Shown here: positions 57,693-64,000 of the stretch, in pieces
Layout: each line of letters opens with the position of its first letter
Position numbering within the stretch: the stretch's first letter is position 1
Source of the DNA: the human T2T-CHM13v2.0 reference genome, Homo sapiens
Assembly (NCBI RefSeq): GCF_009914755.1
Contig: NC_060926.1
Length of the DNA: 64,000 nucleotides
Strand: one strand, 5' to 3'
Made by a program: the position numbers and the translations under genes
Notes under the pieces: model-generated
The model's input: only the letters and a program-made list of their open reading frames with translations
Databases searched by the model: none
What the model was told of the DNA's origin: nothing

Positions 57693-57929
57693 GTAACTGA
57701 GTGTGCGCCTCTAGGAGACTTCCAGGGGTGGAGCCGACAGCTATTCCATTGATCAGCTGATGGTATCATCAGCTCTGCAGATCAAGTGGCTGTTGACAGT
57801 TCTCTGAGGAGCTGCAGGAAGGCTGGGGTGGCCGGGGGAAGTGAGTGTTCACAGGTATTGTGGCCAGCATTGCCACTAGTTCAAGGAACTGTCAATAGAT
57901 AAGGAAAGCCATTTAAAAACAATATCGTG

Positions 57930-58318
<389 letters not shown>

Positions 58319-58862
58319 TCAAAATGGTTATATGTGAACAAGGAGTTATTTTATGTGTAAAATGTAGCAGTGTTAATTAAAAGTTAATTTAAAACACTAG
58401 CGACTGCGGTATTTGAAATGCCAGTAAATTAGCTGTAGTAATACTTTTTGTTCTATTAATATCATTTTTAAGATATATTAAAGTGAAAAAAAAAACACCT
58501 TACATATATATATTGTAAACATATCTTCTTCCCCATACATGTAGGTTCTAAGTCTTTCTGGCAGTACTTTTATACATAGATGTTTCAGTAGCTTTTCTTT
58601 GAGAAGACCCAGTGGTTTTCATATTTGTTTCTAATTTATTTCCCACTTATTCCTATTTCCCTTTGTAGAGATCTCCATTCCATTCTGGAAGGGATTTAAT
58701 TATTTCAAGTTATAATAGTTATAGCCCCTCACAAAGTAATTTTGGAATCAGAAATTAAAATTCTGATTTTTAACATGAAGTTTTGCTATACAATTTTTAA
58801 TCTTTAATATACAATAAGTGCCATTTGTATAGTTTAAGTAAGATTTTATATTTCTTTTACAG

Positions 58863-58953
58863 GCTTCCACTTCAACCTCCCGATATTTATCCTTACCTAA
58901 AAATACGAAGCTTCCAGAAAAGCTACAAAAGAGGAGGACTATTTCTATTGCAG
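58863..58953 (+). CDS. SLC9A2: NHE2 coding exon 11 (91 nt): [30 protein letters not shown](D)
   Basis: Acceptor ttttacag|GCT, donor G|gtagtg; phase 0 to 1, needed to keep exon 12 in frame. Confidence 0.92.
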
Positions 58954-59053
58954 GTAGTGAATATAGTTGGAGCAGAAAAATTTTAAATTTATTTGCCAAT
59001 GTTTATAAACTAGACAAATTTTCCTATTATTTTTCTTCATTAAGAATGAGTTC

Positions 59054-59270
59054 CAATGAGAACACTTGGACACAGGAAGGGGAACATCACACGCCAGGGC
59101 CTGTTGTGGGGTCGGGGGAGTGGGGAGGGATAGCATTAGGAGATATACCTAATGTAAATGGCGAGTTCATGGGTGCAGCACACCAACATGGCACATGTAT
59201 ACATATGTAACAAACCTGCACATTGTGCACATGTACCCTAAAACTTAAAGTATAATAATAATTTAAAAAA
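59054..59270 (+). mobile_element. 5'-truncated relatively young L1PA (L1PA3-5-like) 3' UTR
   Basis: L1 3' UTR text plus tail; perfect 12-bp TSD aagaatgagttc (59042-59053 / 59271-59282); TT/AAGA target. Confidence 0.92.
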
Positions 59271-59656
59271 AAGAATGAGTTCAAGAGTTTGCAAATCTAA
59301 AATAATAACTGGGTGAATTTTAATTCGCATTGCAACCTTTTGGAATGGCATTCTGTGCAGATTCTAAAGAATCCAATCAGTTATTTTCCAGCAAATATTG
59401 TCATCATGGGGCCCAAGGGCAGGTAAACAAAAAGTTGTAAGTCTGCAAATGTTTAAGTAATTAAATTTTTACAGTAATTCTAATATATTTTCATGAAAGC
59501 AGCCATATATTTATTCTGGCTATAACTATAAAGCTTTGTTATAATGTCTAATATCTTTTTAATGTGATGGTTATCTTTATGTAGACACCGAAGCCATTGT
59601 CTGTGAACCCCAGAAGAACTATATTAGGATTTCATGTTATTAAAATGTGGGATGTC

Positions 59657-59940
59657 TAAGGGAATTAATGCAGAAATAGAAAACCAAATACCATATATTT
59701 TCACTTACAAGTGTGAGCTAAACATTAGATACACAGGACACAAAGGCGGGAACAATAAACACTAGGGATTTCAAAAGAGGGGAGATAGGGAGCTGGGCAA
59801 GGGGCAAGGGTTGAAAAATTACCCATTGGTACTATGTTCACTACTTGGGTGATGGGATTATTAGAAGCCCAAACATTAGCACCATGCAATATACCCATGT
59901 AACAAATCTGCACATGTACCCCTAGAATCTAAAATAAAAT
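59657..59940 (+). mobile_element. 5'-truncated older L1 (L1PA15-17/L1PB) 3' end
   Basis: aagggttgaaaaattacccattggtactatgttcactacttgggtgatggg; TSD aaatgtgggatg. Confidence 0.85.
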
Positions 59941-60439
59941 TTTCTTTAAATGTGGGATGGAAAAATCATTACCCCTCTTTTTTTTTTTTTTTTTTGCTTG
60001 TTTATTTAATTAACTGAGAAGAGGGAAACCTAAATGATGGCTGGTGGTAAAGGAGTGTGAGGTGAGAATAATAGGGGGAAGACAAGGCAGCACTGAATAT
60101 TTAGAACAGTGGCCCGTGGTCCCACCAGCAAACATGTTCTCAGTTCCCAAGAATCTCAACTCCTGGACAAGCATTTTGTTCACTGCCCCACCCGTAGCAC
60201 TCTAGCACCTGAATCTGCTTCCAAAGCTGTCTCCTCCCTTTGTTTGCAAAGGGTTTTCGCCCTTTTGTGGAAATGTAAAGGAAATCAGCAAAACCATGTT
60301 TGAGGTTCCAGATCAAGGCAAGAATCTTCTCCATAGCAGGTGATTATCAGACTGCCTACTGTGTGCCAGATGCCAGGCTGAGCCCTCCTGGGATCATTAC
60401 TGTGGGGCAGATGAGCACAGCTGCTACTGCCAGAGGGGC

Positions 60440-60585
60440 TCTGTTGGAATCCCAGCTCCACCATCTACAAATACCTCTTGAACCTAGTTACCCCATCTGT
60501 AAAGTAGGTGATTGTGAAGACAAAATGGGCTAATGCATTTGAAAGGACTTAGGACAGTGCCTGGCACACAGTAAGTTCTTCAAAG
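60440..60585 (+). mobile_element. MIR SINE remnant (further MIR-like remnants near 9700-9860, 11900-12010, 39060-39290, 55940-56110)
   Basis: gaatcccagctccacca...ccccatctgtaaagtagg...acagtgcctggcacacagtaag. Confidence 0.65.
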
Positions 60586-60797
60586 TTAGCATGAATATAT
60601 ACCTGTGGGTATGGGTGCTCCCAGGGGTTATGTAAGATGCACAAGGCCACTCACCTAAAATTAGCATAAGCCTGCTAGCCTCCCCTCTCCCCAGAGCCCC
60701 AGGACGTATCAGTTGCCTGACTCACTAAGGTACTGAAGTTACTTGCAATGCCTTCTCTCTAAAATGCTTGCCCACCTTGTCTTTTGCTCCGTGACAG

Positions 60798-61168
60798 ATG
60801 GCAATAGCAGCGACTCAGACGCAGATGCCGGGACCACCGTGCTCAATTTGCAGCCCAGAGCCAGGCGCTTCTTGCCAGAACAGTTCTCCAAGAAATCCCC
60901 CCAGTCCTATAAAATGGAATGGAAGAATGAGGTAGATGTTGATTCTGGCCGAGATATGCCCAGCACCCCCCCAACACCCCACAGCAGAGAAAAGGGCACC
61001 CAGACGTCAGGCTTACTACAGCAGCCCCTTCTCTCTAAAGACCAGTCTGGCTCAGAGAGGGAAGACAGTTTGACTGAAGGCATCCCGCCCAAGCCGCCAC
61101 CACGGCTGGTCTGGAGGGCATCGGAACCTGGAAGCCGGAAAGCCCGATTTGGGAGTGAGAAGCCTTAA
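60798..61168 (+). CDS. SLC9A2: NHE2 last coding exon 12 (371 coding nt): [11 protein letters not shown]...PSTPPTP...PPKPPP...FGSEKP*
   Basis: Acceptor gtgacag|AT; ORF 60743..61168; stop TAA; proline-rich SH3-ligand motifs characteristic of NHE2. Confidence 0.96.
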
Positions 61169-63316
61169 GAGAAGCAGCGAAAGCAGATCTGAGTGTCTGA
61201 CCCAGGACAGCTGTGGTTTGTCACTCTGAAACCTGATGCAACAGTGGAATCCATGTAAAACTCTCTGTGCATCTAAATACTTCTGGAGGGCGACAGATTC
61301 ATGCCACGGATAAATGAGGCAAATCCGAAGAAAAGGAAAATCGAATAAAAAATAGTCCCACAAAATACCTTTTGTGACTAATGGGTAGCAATCGTATTAT
61401 TTGCTGGCCTGAAGAGAAAAAATGGTAATGTGTGCCTTTATTGAACTTGAATGACAGAACTTGAAATTTTTAACACATCCTTCTTGGTGAAGATTTTAAT
61501 ATATTACTTATATGCTTCAAATTTTATTTATGAAAAAATATGTATATCTGTAATCAGTTGTTAAGTGAATGGCACTAAAAGTATCGAGAACAGCTTTCTT
61601 TCCCAGGGGTGAAGGATGGCGCTCGGGGGTGACTCCTAAGCTCAGCGTGGAAGCTTTTCCCTGTCCTGACCCGATGGAGCAGCCGGTAAGTGAAGAGCAC
61701 AGCTGGAAGCAGAGACACCTTATGACTCAAACTGGGCAAACAATCGGAACGTCATGCAGAAGGAATGGCCTGACTCCTGCAGTGCAGATTGGAGGCCCCA
61801 GAACTCCTATGAACTACTGAGAGTCTACTGGTTTTTAACTTGTTCCTCTGTCTACTGTGTGTTTGGGGGTGACATCTAAATTCCATTTCTTCTTCTTGTT
61901 TAAATGGTGCAGAGAGAAAGGTTGCCCAGACATCCACCAGCTTACTGTGTTGACAGATTTGGGAGCAGCTTTTGATGAAGTTCCACCCATGAGGGTCCAT
62001 GTGGCAAGTAGGGCCACAGGGCAGCACCTGGTTACAACTTGCTGGTGGGTTTTATGTTGTGCAATACTAGGAGGAGGAGGCAGGTGATCTATGCTGATCT
62101 ATGATCACCTGCTTCAGTAGAATTTTTCTGTAGAGTGTTGTTTGAATTTTGAGCCTCCAGGTTAGAGGCTCCAAGCAGACAAAGAAGAAAGTTTGTAGAC
62201 ACAATATTCTAACATTGCACAAGTTGATGAGATATCAAGTTTTGAATATTATTCAGGAAGCACTTTGGAGAATGTGGGAGTCCTACTGTTTTGCACTAGT
62301 CTGTAATTTGTTACCTCTCCCCATTCGATAATATAGTAACTCAGAATTTTCATATAAAATTGAATTCTACTCATTAGAGTACTTTTTAAAAGTACAGCAG
62401 AAAGAAAAGAAGTGGAACATAAGCATTCAAGATTAATATTTGATTCTCTATCTCTTAACTGTAGATTTTATTGGCCTGTTTTTTTTTTCTAAATAATTCT
62501 TTAAAACTTGACTGGAACATGCCTCTGCATTTCTGAGTGTAGAAATTAAATGAAGCCACTCACAGTCCTTTGATTTCCCACTGAAGATACCCCAAAGGAT
62601 GCAAGTGCCTACAGTATTATCAGGAGGAGAACATGAAAATATTAAGACAAAAATCCTCAGCAGTTGTTCTCCACCCCTTCTCCACCTCCACCAGCAAGGA
62701 GAAGTCAATCTACACTTTTTTCTCATGTTCTAAAGTCTTAGAATACTGCTGGATTGTTGAGCATGAGACAGAGCAAAGGTTAGATACACAAGGTACAAGT
62801 TCATAGGAGCACAATTCCTTGATTCAGGGAAAGTAGCACAGAATGCAATTTGAAAACTACAGGCTTAGGACTCTGTGCCAAAAATCTCTATTTTAAATGA
62901 AAATATTTATATAAAAATACATTTATTCTGCTTAACACAAATTAAAACTGACATAAAATTTTATGATAATAACATGATTCAAGAAATGTGATGTAGATTT
63001 TTGAGAATGCCAAAAATCAGGTTTCAGAAAAGCTACAGTATGAAATCTGAAAAGCAACAGAAATTGAAAGTGACCTTAAAGAATAAATTTCCTAATTTTT
63101 CCCAGTTTCCTATGTTTATAACTATTATAGAGTTTAACTTTCTGGAACTGAAGGAGAAAACATGAAAATGTTTATATTGCTTCTTGTTAAGCAGGTAGAC
63201 CAAATTCCGCTTTCAGTAATTCATCCATACAGAATTTGGATGACTATGTATAAAGGAAAACTTAAATCTTAATTATTATCAGTTTAAATTTTTTTTGTTT
63301 GTTGAATGACAAAGGC

Positions 63317-63328
63317 AATAAAAATAAA
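63317..63328 (+). terminator. Tandem AATAAA-AATAAA candidate alternative poly(A) signal
   Basis: caataaaaataaa followed by a T-rich tract at about 63340-63370. Confidence 0.45.
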
Positions 63329-63967
63329 TTTGACTTTAGCTTTTTTTCTATACTTTCCTCTTTTTGTAATTCTTAAATTCTAGTCACTAGTCATTATGAG
63401 AGTATTGACTAAATATTTTCACAATCTAAATATTGTCACAATCTAAATTTCTGTAGTACAGAGAGCCGTAGCCCTTTGTAAAGGCTTTCGTTCGTCCAAA
63501 CAACACTTGATCCAACCAAAGTTCCAATGTGACTGTGGATCTTTGATAGGTCTTTGGTGTTGGTTGTAACAAAATTTGATTTGAACTACCTATAAATGAA
63601 AAGTCGGGGTTTATTACTTTATATGTAATGCTGAGAGGAGACTGTTGGGAACAGTTATGTCAATGAGCAAACTAGAAATTGGCTTCAAAGTCTGATACTT
63701 TTAAAAGCATGTGTTTTGTGTATATGCTCACAAAATGTCTGTGAAGAGATTTCTTTCAGCTTTTGCTCAGCTTTATGGTGGGGTGTACTGTTTTATCTGG
63801 GCGGTGAGGGTATTGATTTACATAAAAACTGTAGACAAACACAGTACGAGTCTCAGCACGTTTTGCATTTATTGTACTGCCCAAATTGTTTTTATGTTAA
63901 AAGTCACGTTTCATAATCTGCAATATTTTTGTCAAAGTGCACACTGTACTTTCTTCTTAAAAACGTG

Positions 63968-63973
63968 ATTAAA
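63968..63973 (+). terminator. Probable distal polyadenylation signal ATTAAA
   Basis: ATTAAA preceded by U-rich sequence and TGTA motifs; the downstream element would lie outside the window. Confidence 0.6.
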
Positions 63974-64000
63974 GAGATCACTTTGTCCGGATGAAGCAGC

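Larger units (their letters stand above)
61169..63995 (+). other. SLC9A2: SLC9A2 3' UTR (~2.8 kb, AU-rich, no recognisable interspersed repeats)
   Basis: Follows the stop codon; contains several AATAAA/ATTAAA hexamers; end inferred. Confidence 0.8.

Noticed and set aside
61169-63995. Other miRNA seed matches (GTGCCTT 61432, GCACTTT 62260, TTGCACTA 62291)
   Set aside because: Expected by chance in 2.8 kb; conservation cannot be assessed here

Overview
This is primate, most likely human, genomic DNA, not prokaryotic. It covers most of the SLC9A2 gene (Na+/H+ exchanger NHE2) on the + strand. I traced 11 coding exons (exons 2-12), all with AG/GT boundaries and consistent phases. They give 2150 nt of CDS ending at TAA 61166-61168, followed by a ~2.8 kb 3' UTR with several poly(A) signals; exon 1 and the promoter lie upstream of the window. 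The introns are ordinary repeat-rich sequence: a 3.5 kb dead L1PA, about 17 Alu elements or fragments, L2/MIR, MaLR/ERVL LTRs, Tigger3, MER82, MER33 and MER91 DNA transposons, and microsatellites. Almost all short ORFs in the track are repeat or low-complexity artefacts. I found no evidence of a new multi-gene system. The most unusual structures are: (1) a 56-bp-arm near-perfect hairpin in intron 7 (50598-50721) with no recognisable repeat origin, whose mismatches are 3 G-U wobbles and one A-C in the sense RNA; (2) an Alu insertion reduced to ~17 nt plus tail but with a clean target-site duplication (TSD); (3) a 106-bp tandem duplication carrying two AP-1 sites with asymmetric CpG decay; (4) an Alu/MER82 deletion scar with a perfect palindrome at the breakpoint; (5) a chimeric AluY/AluS; (6) close inverted Alu pairs around exon 3. 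Repeat family names and exon numbers come from my recall, not from a search.
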